Below are positions 21,859 to 33,744 of a DNA stretch of 64,000 nucleotides, one piece after another. Source of the DNA: Eledone cirrhosa. Its lineage: Eukaryota. The stretch is taken from contig OZ024743.1 of the NCBI GenBank assembly GCA_964016885.1, positions 215,636,001 to 215,700,000 on the forward strand, read 5' to 3'. The stretch's first letter is position 1, and every line of letters starts with the position of its first letter. Under the pieces are notes generated by a model that saw only the letters and a program-made list of their open reading frames with translations, was not told where the DNA came from and searched no databases. A program made the position numbers and the translations under genes.

Positions 21859-23955
21859 TTACCGTACTTTTGGTAGAGGAGGGATGGTTTTTACATCCCT
21901 TTTCACTTGATCGTCTGGTGAAGGGACCGTTGAATCGTCCCTTCGGCTGGTCGTCGGCTCTTCTAAGAGAATGTCTGAGTATACTCTTCGATTGATGGTT
22001 CCTCCTAGGTCCCTGAAATCACCAACTGCGTTGGGGAATTTCGTTTTAATGTTTGTGTATTGTTTCTGTGCTATTTTTAGCAGTCTTATGTTAGTTGGCG
22101 TTTTGATTGGTGCTGGTATTATGTAGTCCTGTTGTGAAATGTCTGTGTGTTCAATTATATAAGTCATTAGTTTCTTGTTGTGTGTATTTATTGCCGTGCA
22201 TTTGTTTTTCTGGGGGTGGGGTGTGGTTCTGCTATTTTCTTGTCGTTGTTGCTGGGTGTGTGTGTTTTGTTGTTGTGTTTGCGATGTTGGTGCTTGTGGT
22301 GGTGGTGTTGAAGGTGTTGTTGGCGGTGGGGTTGTCGCCGGTGGTGATGGTGGTGCTAGTGTGGGTGGTGATGGTGTTGGTGTTGTTGCTGCTGTGGGTC
22401 TCTTTGCAGTAGACTTTACCCTTTTCTCATTTCTTTCCTCCCTTTTCAAAGGCGACGATGCGCTGCTTCTGCGTTTGTGCCTTCTTGCGACCTTTTGCCA
22501 TCCCTCTCCCACCTCACACTCCATGTCTGATTCTGTGAGGTCGGGGAGGGGTACCAGCTCCACTCTTTCACTTGTTGTTGTTGGTGATGTTTGCACTGGA
22601 GTCTCTGTTGCAGCTGCATTTGGTATTGCTGTTGTTGTTGTTAATATTTCCACTGCTGCTGCTGTTTTTGATTTCCGTGGCGTGGGTATGGGTGCCACGG
22701 ACCTATCGTTCCTGGTTGCCGCTTGTCCTGTTGCTGGTAGCCGTGGAGCCGGATTCGGAAGGAGGGGGGTTTTCTCCTTTCTCAGGGTCTTCTCGTTGCA
22801 GAAGGCCCTGAGGTGAGTCTTCGATCCACAGCGAAAGCATTTCGGGCGTTTGCCCTCAACACTTATGGGCAGTTGAGTGCCGTTATCGAAGTCTATCACA
22901 TCCGGGATAGCTTCGATGCACTCCTGGTTGGTTTGGATTAGCATCTCAATGGAGGAGCCGACCCAATCTTCTCTTACTTTTTTCTGTACTTGCAGTACAG
23001 TTGTTTTGTCCTCGATTCCGATTAGGACAGACGCGGCCAGCCAAGAAGGGGTCATTCCGGGGGGGACGTGGGTCAGTTTGACCCTCACAATTTTTTGCCC
23101 GCAGTAGGAGGGCACCAACACCATTTCCTCGCTCCTTAGGGTCACTACTGATTGGGCCTTTGCCTCCTGGGGTGTGGCAAAAAGTACGTCTACGGTGGCA
23201 TATTTTTTGCCTCGGGTGATGTGCGTTTTCCGCTGCCACACAGACCCCAAGGCTTTTTGTATTTGGGCCTCTGTGGCTCTTTCCACCCTACGGGATTTTG
23301 TACTTACTGTACGGTACGTGACCGTACAGTGCTCTTGGGTTTTGAAAAATGTTTCCGCTGCCTTGCAGATTGCTCGGTGTCCGTTCTTTGTCACCATCTT
23401 CTTCGCTTCCTCTAATTCCTCATTTGTTATGAGGATTGTTTCCAAGTTTTTCGCAATACCTGCAAATGAGATTGGTTTTTCTCTGCTGTTGTTGTTGTCG
23501 TCAGAGCTGCTGGTACTTTTGTTGTTGCTGCAGGTACTACGACTACTGCCTCCGCCGCTGTTGCTGTGGTTGTTGTTGGTGTTGCTGCTGCTAATGCTGT
23601 TGTTGTTTATGCTGCTGGTGATGCTGTTGCAGCTGCTACTGTTGTTTTCATTGTCACTGTTGCAGTTGTTATTACGGCTGCTACTGCTATTATTCCTGAC
23701 GTCAGACGAATGAACTGGGTTTTCGTATTTCCCGCACACCTGTTTCGTCGCTGTCGTCGTCGTCGTGGAGAAACCTTGCACGCTTTGCACGAGACTTTTC
23801 TTTTCTTTCGTCACTTGCGAAAGAGAAGGGAGGGAGAGAGACACATTTAAAGAAGGGAGGGAGAGAGACAATCTTCTCTCTGCTGTAGTGATGATTGAGG
23901 AAGAAGAAGACGGAATGAGTGGGAGTGACGTATGAAATTTCTTTATCGTAGCCAT
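21859..23955 (-). CDS. Tx1 ORF1 (gag-like; RRM-like region, CCHC zinc knuckle, low-complexity N/S and P/T tracts)
   Basis: 698-aa open frame with CFRCGSKTHLRAFC; the start ATG is conserved in the second copy (54854). Confidence 0.85.
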   Translation of the reverse strand: MATIKKFHTSLPLIPSSSSSIITTAERRLSLSLPSLNVSLSLPSLSQVTKEKKSLVQSVQGFSTTTTTATKQVCGKYENPVHSSDVRNNSSSSRNNNCNSDNENNSSSCNSITSSINNNSISSSNTNNNHSNSGGGSSRSTCSNNKSTSSSDDNNNSREKPISFAGIAKNLETILITNEELEEAKKMVTKNGHRAICKAAETFFKTQEHCTVTYRTVSTKSRRVERATEAQIQKALGSVWQRKTHITRGKKYATVDVLFATPQEAKAQSVVTLRSEEMVLVPSYCGQKIVRVKLTHVPPGMTPSWLAASVLIGIEDKTTVLQVQKKVREDWVGSSIEMLIQTNQECIEAIPDVIDFDNGTQLPISVEGKRPKCFRCGSKTHLRAFCNEKTLRKEKTPLLPNPAPRLPATGQAATRNDRSVAPIPTPRKSKTAAAVEILTTTTAIPNAAATETPVQTSPTTTSERVELVPLPDLTESDMECEVGEGWQKVARRHKRRSSASSPLKREERNEKRVKSTAKRPTAATTPTPSPPTLAPPSPPATTPPPTTPSTPPPQAPTSQTQQQNTHTQQQRQENSRTTPHPQKNKCTAINTHNKKLMTYIIEHTDISQQDYIIPAPIKTPTNIRLLKIAQKQYTNIKTKFPNAVGDFRDLGGTINRRVYSDILLEEPTTSRRDDSTVPSPDDQVKRDVKTIPPLPKVR

Positions 23956-24195
23956 GTTGTTTTTTGTTTAAAATGAAATTTTGGGTACAAAACCCCAATA
24001 ACTGGTTATTTAACCCCGAAGGGCCAAATAACGGACAGAAAGACCCCTCTCACGAGGAGGAGGGTGTCTTTATCAACAATTTGGTTCAAGTTTTAAACAA
24101 TTTACAATTGTTTTAACGGTTAAAAATTACTATACCTTACAGAGCCGAGCCTCCGTCAACCATGGCATTCAATAATAATAATAATAATAATAATA

Positions 24196-26076
24196 AAATT
24201 TAGAGATTTTCAAAATATGTCACGTTGAAGACATGGAAAACGACACTCCTTTTGAATAGTGAAACAAAATCACTGGAAGTTGGAGAAGTTAATATTAATT
24301 GTTGAATTTTTCAGGGTGACTCTTTATCACCGCTTTTATTCTGCATCGCACTTATACCATTAAGTAAAATGCTCAATGAAACAAAACATGGATATAAAGT
24401 CGATGACAAAACCATTAATCACTTGTTCTACATGGATGACCTGAAACTATTTGCAAAAAATGATGAACAATTGCAAGGGCTATTATCCACTGTGGAGCAT
24501 TTCAGTGATGACATTAAAATGGAGTTTGGACTAGATAAATGCGCCAAAGCAACGTTCACCAGAGGAAAGCTGCTGAAAAGTTCAGACATTAATCTTGATC
24601 GGGGGAATGTGATAAGAGAACTTGATCAAGAAGAAACTTACAAATATCTAGGTGTTTGTGAAGGAGACGGAATCAAGCACTCGACAATGAGGGAAAGGAT
24701 AAGGAAGGAATGATACCGCAGAGTAAGAGCAATCTTAAGAACGGAATTGAAAGCAAGGAATAGGATCGATGCCATAAACACGCTTGCCATACCAGTAGTA
24801 ACCTACAGTTACAATGTCATCAACTGGTCAAGCACAGAGATCCGTAGGCTCGAAACAAACATTCGAAAATTCTTAAGCATGCACAGAATGCATCACCCTA
24901 AGGCAGATACAGATAGAATATATCTCCCTAGGAAAGAAGGAGGACGTGGGTTAATCCAGTTAGACATTGCGTTGAAAACTGCAACAATTGGATTATCTAC
25001 ATATCTAAGGGAATCACATGATTGGATGATCAAACTCGTTTTGAAACACGAAAGCATCAAAAGATCATACTTCATTACAAAAGATGCACAAAGATACAGT
25101 AATGGACTACACATTTCAGAAGTCCCATTTACTGCTGAAATGGAAAACACAGAAAAAGCAAAGCAGGTAAAAGTAACTGCAAAGAAAGAACTGCTACAGA
25201 AACTGGCTAAGAAATGGCAAGAAAAGCCTCTGTATGGAAAATACCCAGAACGAGCTAACAATCCTGATGTTGACAAAACTTTAACCCATCAGTGGTTGGC
25301 ATCCTCTGGACTGAAATCGGAGACTGAAGGACAGATTATATCAGCACAAGATCAGTGTCTGCCAACAAAAAATTACCAAGCCAACATAATAAAAAATGGA
25401 TGCAGCCCATTATGCCGTGTATGTAAAAAACAACGAGGGACCATTGACCATATAATTTCAATGTGCAGTCCTATAGCTCCAACCGAACACCTAAACAGGC
25501 ATGACAGAGCTGCACAATACATACATTGGATAATGTGTAAGCATTTTGACTTGCCCCATCAAAAAATTGGTGGGAGCATCAACCACCTCCCATACTTGAA
25601 AAAGATCACATCTCAATATTGTGGAACTTTAGCATCCAAACAGACCGAAAAATAGATGCAAATAGACCTGATATAATATTGAAGGACTTTAAAAAAGGGT
25701 ATGCCTGCTAATTGATATGTCCATTCCAATACACAAGAATGTATCTATAAAAACATTTGAAAAATTGAGCAAGTATAAGGACCTGGAGATAGAAATTGGA
25801 AAAAAATGTGGAAATTGAGAACTAAAACAATACCAGTGGTTGTAGGGTCTCTAGGAGTGATACCTAAAGCGTCTAATGATTACTTATCGCAAATCTCAGG
25901 AAACCCGCGTATAGGAGAAATACAAAAGATAGTACTAATGGGAACTGCCCACTAAAGATGCATGTGTGAATATGTATGTTCTTTCTTGAACATGGCGGAC
26001 CTTGTTGTCTCTTGAGGTCACTGGTTGTGACTTGGTGATAACTCGTATGAACATAAAGCAAGATAAATGCAACTGT
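24196..26076 (+). mobile_element. R4/Dong-like family Y (RT + CCHC + RLE), 5'-truncated, decayed
   Basis: FQGDSLSP, HLFYMDDLKL, EGGRGL, CRVC..TIDHIISMC, WNFSIQTD..NRPD; ends gataaatgcaactg(taa)n. Confidence 0.92.
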
Positions 26077-26091
26077 AATAATAATAATAAT

Positions 26092-29000
26092 GAAGGTGAA
26101 TAGGTTGAGAGTATAGAGGAACCATCCGAAGCAGACAATGATCTGAATGCTGAAATAAATAATACCTGGAACAAAAATATGGCCATTGAGGAGATGAATG
26201 CTGACGGGCTAGGACAAGATTTGGTAGATATCCTAAACTTAGTGGTAGATGAATTGAAGAATGATAGTGTGAAACCTATGAACCTAAGATTTGTAGAAAG
26301 GAAAAAGTTAAAAGAAACAACAGCTAAGGTAAACAAATTCATCCCATATCTTGAGGCGAGGAGCCTTCACCAGTGCAACAATATCCTAAAAGCAACAGCA
26401 TATGTGGTGAGAAAATTACTTGGTATAAAAGCGAGAGGAAACAACAAACAAGAAAGATCAGAGCCTTGGTGGAAGAAACGACTGAATGGTCAAATCAGGG
26501 AAATGAGAAATGACATTGTATAGCTTGAGTCCCTACTGAATGGGACACTAAAATACATAGACACTAAAAATAGACTGGAAATAAAGTACAAAACTAGGAG
26601 GAAAAAGCTAAATATTATCATAGAGGAACTGAAGCAACGCATTGTAGCAAAGAGTGCAAATATTAGGCGATACGGGAGCAGAGTCAGTCAGTATAGACAG
26701 AACCGCATGTTTGACAACAACCAGAAGGTGCTGTTTGAATAGCTTGAAGGGAAAGAAAGAGGCAACGACTTGATCCCTGGGGCGGAACAAACTAAGACAT
26801 TCTGGAGAGGAATATGGGAGCAGGATGTTAAACAAAATGAACAGGCAGTGTGGATTGAGTCAGTACAAAAGGAGATCAGTGAACAGGCACACCAACAAAC
26901 TGATTTGAGTATCACAGTTGAAATTCTTAAGGGGCAGGCCAAAAAACTAACCAACTGGAAATCACCAGGCACAGATGGTGTGCAGGTGTATTGGATTAAA
27001 AATATAACATCCCTCCACTCGAAACTGACAACCATGTTCAATGACTGATTGATGTCAAGTGAGGTACCAGAGTGGTTGACAAAAGGTACCACAGTTCTGG
27101 TAATGAAAGACCGAATCAAGGGTAATGATGTTACCAACTATAGACCTATCACATGTCTGTCCGTAATGTGGAAACTGTTGACAAGCATTATGTCTGAGGA
27201 AACCTACCATCACCTCCACACAAACAACTTGTTACCGGACGAACAGAAAGGATGCCGAAAGAAGGCCCGTGGTACAAAGGACCAGTTACTTATTGATAAG
27301 ATGGTAATGAGGAATTGCAAGAGGAGACACACTGATCCTGCCATGAGATGGATAGACTACAAAAAGGCATTTGACATGGTGCCTCATTCTTGGATTACCA
27401 AAAGCCTAGAGATCTTCAAGGTGGCAGATAACATCAGACAGTTGTTTGAGCAAAAGTATGAAGTTCTGGAAAACAGAGTTACCATCAGCTGGAGAATCAT
27501 TGGGAGGCGTGAAGATCAAGGGAGTTATCTTCCAGGGAAATAGTTTGTCTCCTCTGTTGTTTGTCCTTGCCTTGATGCCCCTGACCATTATACTGCGAAA
27601 AGTGAGAGCAGGATACAAGTTGGGAAAGGGAGAGCTTACCATCAATCACCACCTCTTCATGGACGATCTTAAGCTCTTCGGGAAGAGTGAGAAAGAGTTG
27701 GATGTGCTTGTTGACACTGTCCGTATTTTTAGCAATGATATATGTATGCAATTTGGTATTAGTAAGTGTGGAGTCCTTGTGATGAAGAGAGGTAAATTGA
27801 GCAGAAGCAACGGAATCCAAGTACCAACAGGAAATTGACACTGAAGAAGGATACAAGTATTTGGGTGTTCTGGAGGCTGATGGCATCAAGAACAAAAAAA
27901 ACGAAGGAATTGATAAGATCTGAATAAATTCGGAGAGTAAGGAGCGTATTAAAGTAACATCTGAACAGTAGGAATGCCATAAGAGCAGTAAATTCCCGAG
28001 CTGTTTCTATTATTAAGTACAGTGCGGGAATTCTGAGATGGAATGTTGCTGAACAAAAAGAAATGGATAGGAAGACTGGGAAACTATTGACTATCTACCA
28101 CATGTTCCACAAGAGGAGTGATGTCGATAGACTCTACTTAAGGAGATCTGAAGATGGAAGAGGTCTTATCAGCATAGAGGACTGTGTTCAGATGGAGAAA
28201 AACAATCTACACAAATACGTGACTGATAGTAAGGAGCCAATGCTCAGAATTGTACTGAAGGAGAGGACAATAGACCAGGGGATGTCCAAGGAGGAAATAA
28301 CAACAGGGAGAAAGAGCAGTCTTCATGAAAAACCACTTCATAGTACCTTCTTTGAGAAAACTGAATTCAGAGATCCACAGACATAGAACTGGTTAAAAAA
28401 AGGAGACCTTAAAAAGGCTACAGAAGGAATGCTAATGGCTGCGCAAGAGCAGGCCCTCAAAACGAAGTGGTTGAAACACCATGTTTACAAGGAGGAGGCT
28501 AGCCCACGGTGCAGGATCTGTGGAGAGAGAGTGGAGACTGTGGCTCACATTGTATCCGAGTGTAAACACGTAGCCCTGACTCACTATAAAGGCTGGAGAT
28601 ATTATGTGATGGGCAGCGTGAACCATTGGCACAGTAAACAATTTACCACATTCTGAGAAGTGGGATGAGCATAAGCCAGAGTCGGTGATAGAAAACGGTA
28701 AGGTGAAGGTGCTGTGGGATTTTAGCATACAGACGGACATGAAACTGGAACACAATAGACCTCACCTGGTGGTTTTGGACAAGGAAAGAAGATCGTGCCT
28801 GATTGTGGATGTGGCCTGCTCATTCGACACGAGAGTGCAAGAGAAGGAGAGGGAGAATATTAACCGATACCAGGACTTAAAGTGGGAGGTAAAAAAGATT
28901 TGGAACTTCCATGAAGTCAAAGTGGTCCCGATTGTCATAGGCACACTCTGTACTATCTCAAAAAGTTTCCAGGGATGGTTAAAGAATATTGGCCCATTCA

Positions 29001-29147
29001 CGCTTTTTGGAACGCTTCAAAAGGCATGCTTGCTGGGAATAGAAAGAACCCTCCGATACGTCCTGAATATCTGAGGCTGCAGGTAGTGGCTTGATATTCA
29101 TTTCAACAAACTTTCCAGTTAACTAACATCAATGACTGAGACACAAA

Positions 29148-29150
<3 letters not shown>
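26092..29150 (+). mobile_element. R4/Dong-like family X, ~3 kb decayed copy
   Basis: [52 protein letters not shown]; ends in (AAT)n. Confidence 0.93.
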
Positions 29151-29207
<57 letters not shown>

Positions 29208-29209
<2 letters not shown>

Positions 29210-30017
29210 TCGGAGACTGAAGGACTGATTATATCGGCACAAGATCAGTATCTGCCAACAACAAATTACCAAGCCAACATAATAAAAAATGGGTGCAGCC
29301 CAGTATGCCGTGTATGCAAAAAACAACCAGAGACCATTGACAATATAATTTCAATGTGCGGTCCTATAGCTCCAACCGAATACCTAAGCAGGCATGACAG
29401 AGCTGCACAATACATACATTGGATAATGTGTAAGCATTTTGACCTGCCCCATCAAAAGAATTGGTGGGAGTATCAACCACATCCCATACTTGAAAAAGAT
29501 CACATCTCAATCTTGTGGAACTTTAGCATCCAAACAGACCGAAAAATAGATGCAAACAGACCTGATATAATATTGAAAGACTTTCAAAAGAACGTATGCA
29601 TGCTAATTGATATGTCTGTTCCAATAGACAAGAATGTGTTTATAAAAACATTTGAAAAATTGAGCAAGTATAAGGACCTGAAGATAGAAATTGGAAAAAT
29701 GTGGAAATTGAGAACTAAAACAATACCAGTGGTTGTAGGCGCTCTGGGAATGATACCTAAGGGGTCTAATGATTACATATCGCAAATCCCAGGAAACCCG
29801 CGTATAGGAGAAATACAAAAGATAGTACTAATGAGAACTGCCCATATACTAAGGAAGATTCTGTCAATATAAGTACATCACACGTCTAAACACTAAAGAT
29901 GCATGTGTGAATATGTATGTTCTTTCTTGAACATGGCGGACCTTGTTGTCTCTTGAGGTCACTGGTTGTGACTTGGTGATAACTCGTATGAACATAAAGC
30001 AAGATAAATGCAACTGT
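29208..30017 (+). mobile_element. R4/Dong-like family Y 3' portion (CCHC + RLE open)
   Basis: ORF 29132-29872 after its poly-Ile (AAT) leader: CRVC..C, RHD, NRPDI..IDMS..K..KY; same 3' UTR as 25950-26076. Confidence 0.92.
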
Positions 30018-30023
30018 AATAAT

Positions 30024-30094
30024 AATGATTTCTTTATTAACCACAAGGGTTTACATAAAGTAGACATTAAGGACAGTGCAGGACAATGCAGGAC
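30024..30094 (-). mobile_element. Tx1 family B terminal ~70-bp fragment
   Basis: Near-identical to 18151-18221; within (AAT)n. Confidence 0.85.
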
Positions 30095-30095
30095 T

Positions 30096-30195
<100 letters not shown>

Positions 30196-30197
30196 TA

Positions 30198-30383
30198 GGT
30201 TTCCAGGGATGGTTAAAGAAAATCGGCCCCTTCACGCTTTTTGGAACGCTTCAAAAGGCATGCTTGCTTGGAACGGCAAGAACCCTCCGATACGTCCTGA
30301 ATATCTGAGGCTGCAGGTAGTGGCTTGATATTCAATCCAACGGACTTTCCAGTTAACCAACATCAATGACTGAGATTCAAGGA
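30198..30383 (+). mobile_element. R4/Dong family X 3' fragment
   Basis: GFQGWLKKIGPF..LRYVLNI* plus 3' UTR. Confidence 0.9.
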
Positions 30384-30413
30384 ATAACAATAACAATAAT
30401 AATAATAATAATA

Positions 30414-33400
30414 ACCCGAAACAGACAATGATCTGAATGCTGAGATAAATAATACCTGGAACAGAGATACGGCCACTGAGGAGAAGAATGCTGACGGGCT
30501 AGGACAAGATTTGGTAGATATCCTAAACTTAGTGGGAGATAAATTGAACAATGATGGTGGGAGACCTATGAACCTAAGATTTGTAGACAGGAAAAAGTTA
30601 AAAGAAACAACAGCTAAGGTAAATAAAGTCATCCCATACCTTGAGGCGAGGATCCTTCACCAGTGCAACAATATCCTCAAAGTAACAGCAAAGACGGTGA
30701 GGAAACTACTTGGTGGAAGAAACGACTGAGTGGTCAAATAAGGGAAATGAGAAATGACATTGGAATGACATTGGAAAGCTTGAGTCCCTACTGAATGGGA
30801 CACTAAAAAACATAGACACTAAAAATAGACTGGAAATAAAGTACAAAACTAGGAGGAAAAATATAAATATTATCATAGAGGAACTAAACCAACGCATTGT
30901 AGCAAAAAGTGCAAAATTCAGGTGATACGAGAACAGAGTCAGCCAGTATAGACAGAACCGCATGTTCGACAACAACCAGAAGATGCTGTTTGGACAGCTT
31001 GAAGGGAACGAAAGAGGCAACGACTTGATCCATGAGGCGGAACAAACTAAAACATTCTGGAGAGGAATATGGGAGCAGGATGTTAAACATAATGACCAGG
31101 CAGTGTGGATTGAGACAGTACAGAAGGAGATCATTGAACAGGCACGCCAAGAAACTAATTTGAGTATCACAGTTGAAACTCTTAAGGGGCAGGCCAAAGA
31201 ACTAACCAACTGGAAATCACCTGGCCCAGATGGTGTGCAGGGATATTGGATTAAAAACATAACATCCCTCCACCCGAAACTGACAACCGTGTTCAATGAC
31301 TGCTTGATGTCAGGTGAGGTACTAGAGTGGTTGACAAAAGGTACCATAGTTCTGATAATGAAAGACCGAATCAAGGGTAATGATGTTACCAACTATAGAC
31401 CTATCACATGTCTGTCCGTAATGTGGAAACTCTTGACAAGAATTATGTCTGAGGAAATCTACCATCACCTCCACACAAACAACTTGTTACCGGATGAACA
31501 GAAAGGATGCCGAAAGAAGTCACGTGGTACAAAGGACCAGTTACTTATTGATAAGATGGTAATGAGGAATTGCAAGAGGAGACACACTGGTCTTGCCATG
31601 GGATGGATAGACTACAAAAAGGCATTTGACATGGTGCCTCATTCTTGGATCACCAAAAGCCTGGAGATCTTCAAGGTGGCAGATAACATCAGGCAGTTGT
31701 TGGGCAAAAGTATGAAGTCCTGGGAAACAGAGTTAACATCAACTGGAGAATCCTTGGAAAGCGTGAAGATCAAGAGAGGTATCTTCCAGGGAGATAGTCT
31801 GTCCCCCCCCCCTGTTGTTTGTCCTTGCCCTGATGCCCCTGACCAGTGTACTGCGAAAAGTGAGAGCAGGATACAAGTTGGGAAGGGAAAGCTTACCATC
31901 AATCACCTCCTCTTCATGGACGATCTTCGGGAAGAGTGAGAAGGAGTTGGATCTGCTTGTTGACACTGTCCGTATTTTCAGCAATGATATATGTAGGCAA
32001 TTTGGTATTAGTAAGTGTGGAGTCATTGTGATGAGGAGGGGTACGTTGAGCAGAATTAACGGAATCCAGATACCAACAGGTGAGATGATAAAAGAAATTG
32101 ACTCTGAAGAAGGATACAAGTATTTGGGCGTTCTGGAGGCTGATGACATCAAGAACAAAAAAATGAAGGAATAGATAAGAACTGAATACCTTCGGAGAGT
32201 AAGGAGCGTATTAAAGTCACATCTGAACAGTAGGAATGCCATAAGTGCAGTAAATTCCCGAGCTGTGTCTATTATTAAGTACAGTGCGGGAATTCTGAGA
32301 TGGAATGTTGCTGAACAAAAAGAAATGGATAGGAAGACTAGGAAACTATTGACTATCTACAATATCTTCCACAAGAGGAGTGATGTCGATAGACTCTACT
32401 TAAGGAGATCTGAGGGTGGAAGAGGTCTTATCAGCATAGAGGACCGTGTTCAGATGGAGAAAAACAACCTACAGAAATACGTGACTGATAGTGAGGAGCC
32501 AATGCTCAGAGCTGTACTGAAGGAGAGGACAATAGGCTAGGGGATATCCAAGGAGGAAATATCATCAAGGAGAAAGAGCAGCCTTCAGGAAACATCCCTT
32601 CATAGTACCTTCTTTGAGAAAACTGAATTTAGAGATCCACAGACATGGAATTGGTTGAATAGAGGAGACCTTAAAAAGGCTACAGAAGGAATGTTAATGG
32701 CTGCGCAGGAGCAGGCCCTCAAAACGAAGTGGTGGAAACACCACATTTACAAGGAGGAGGCTAGCCCACTGTGCAGGATCTGTGGAGAGAGAGAGGAGAC
32801 AATGGCTCACATTCTATCCGAGTGTAAACACCTAGCCCAGACTCACTATAAGGGCTGGAGACATGATGTGATGGGCAAGGTGATCCACTGGTACCTATGC
32901 AAAGTAAACAATTTACCACATCTGAGAAGTGGTATGAGCATAGGCCAGAGGCGGTGATAGAAAACGATCAGGTGAAGGTGCTGTGGGATTTTAGGATACA
33001 GACGGACAAGAAACTGGAACACAATAGACCTGACCTGGTGGTTTTGGACAAAGAAAAAAGATCGTGCCTGATTGTGGATGTGGCCTGCCCATTCGACACG
33101 AGAGTGCAAGAGAAGGAGAGGGAGAAAATTAACCGATACCAGGATTTAAAGTGGGAGGTAAAAAGGATTTGGAACTGCCATGAAATCAAAGGGATCCCGA
33201 TTGTTATAGGCGCACTAGGGACTATCTCAAAAGGTTTCCAGGGATGGTTAAAGAAAATTGGCCCCTTCTCGCTTTTTGGAACGCTTCAAAAGGCATGCTT
33301 GCTGGGAACAGCAATAACCCTCCGATACGTCCTGAATATCTGAGGCTGCAGGTAGTGGCTTGATTTTCATCTCAACAAACTTTCCAGTTAACTGACATCA

Positions 33401-33420
33401 ATGACTGAAACTTAAAGAGT
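30414..33420 (+). mobile_element. R4/Dong-like family X, second ~3 kb decayed copy
   Basis: ORFs 30962-31939 (RT), 32655-32957 (CCHC) and 32897-33343 (RLE); colinear with 26092-29150. Confidence 0.93.
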
Positions 33421-33450
33421 AATAACAATAATACTAATAATAATAATAAT

Positions 33451-33703
33451 ATTTGGAACTGCCATGAAGTCAGAGTCGTCCCGATTGTCAATGAGCGCAC
33501 TAGGTACTATCTCAAAGAGATTCCAAGGATGATTAAATAAAATTAGTCCAGTCCCGCTTTTTGGAACACTTCAAAAGGCATGCTTGCTGGGAACAGCAAA
33601 ACCCTACGATACGTCCTGCATATCTGAGGCTGCAGGGAGTGGCTTGATATTCATTTCAACAAACTTTCCAGTTAAATAACATCAATGACTGAGACTCAAA
33701 GGA
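33451..33703 (+). mobile_element. R4/Dong family X diverged 3' fragment
   Basis: Same terminal sequence, flanked by (AAT)n. Confidence 0.88.
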
Positions 33704-33704
33704 C

Positions 33705-33740
<36 letters not shown>

Positions 33741-33744
<4 letters not shown>

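Larger units (their letters stand above)
18151..24170 (-). mobile_element. Tx1/L1-clade LINE family B, full length, near intact
   Basis: 5' UTR, ORF1, ORF2 and 3' UTR present; (AAT)n on both sides; second full-length copy at 54640-60250. Confidence 0.96.

Noticed and set aside
22175-23850. Hydrophobic plus-strand ORFs antisense to Tx1 ORF1 (also 54874-56695)
   Set aside because: Shadow frames of low-complexity codon runs.
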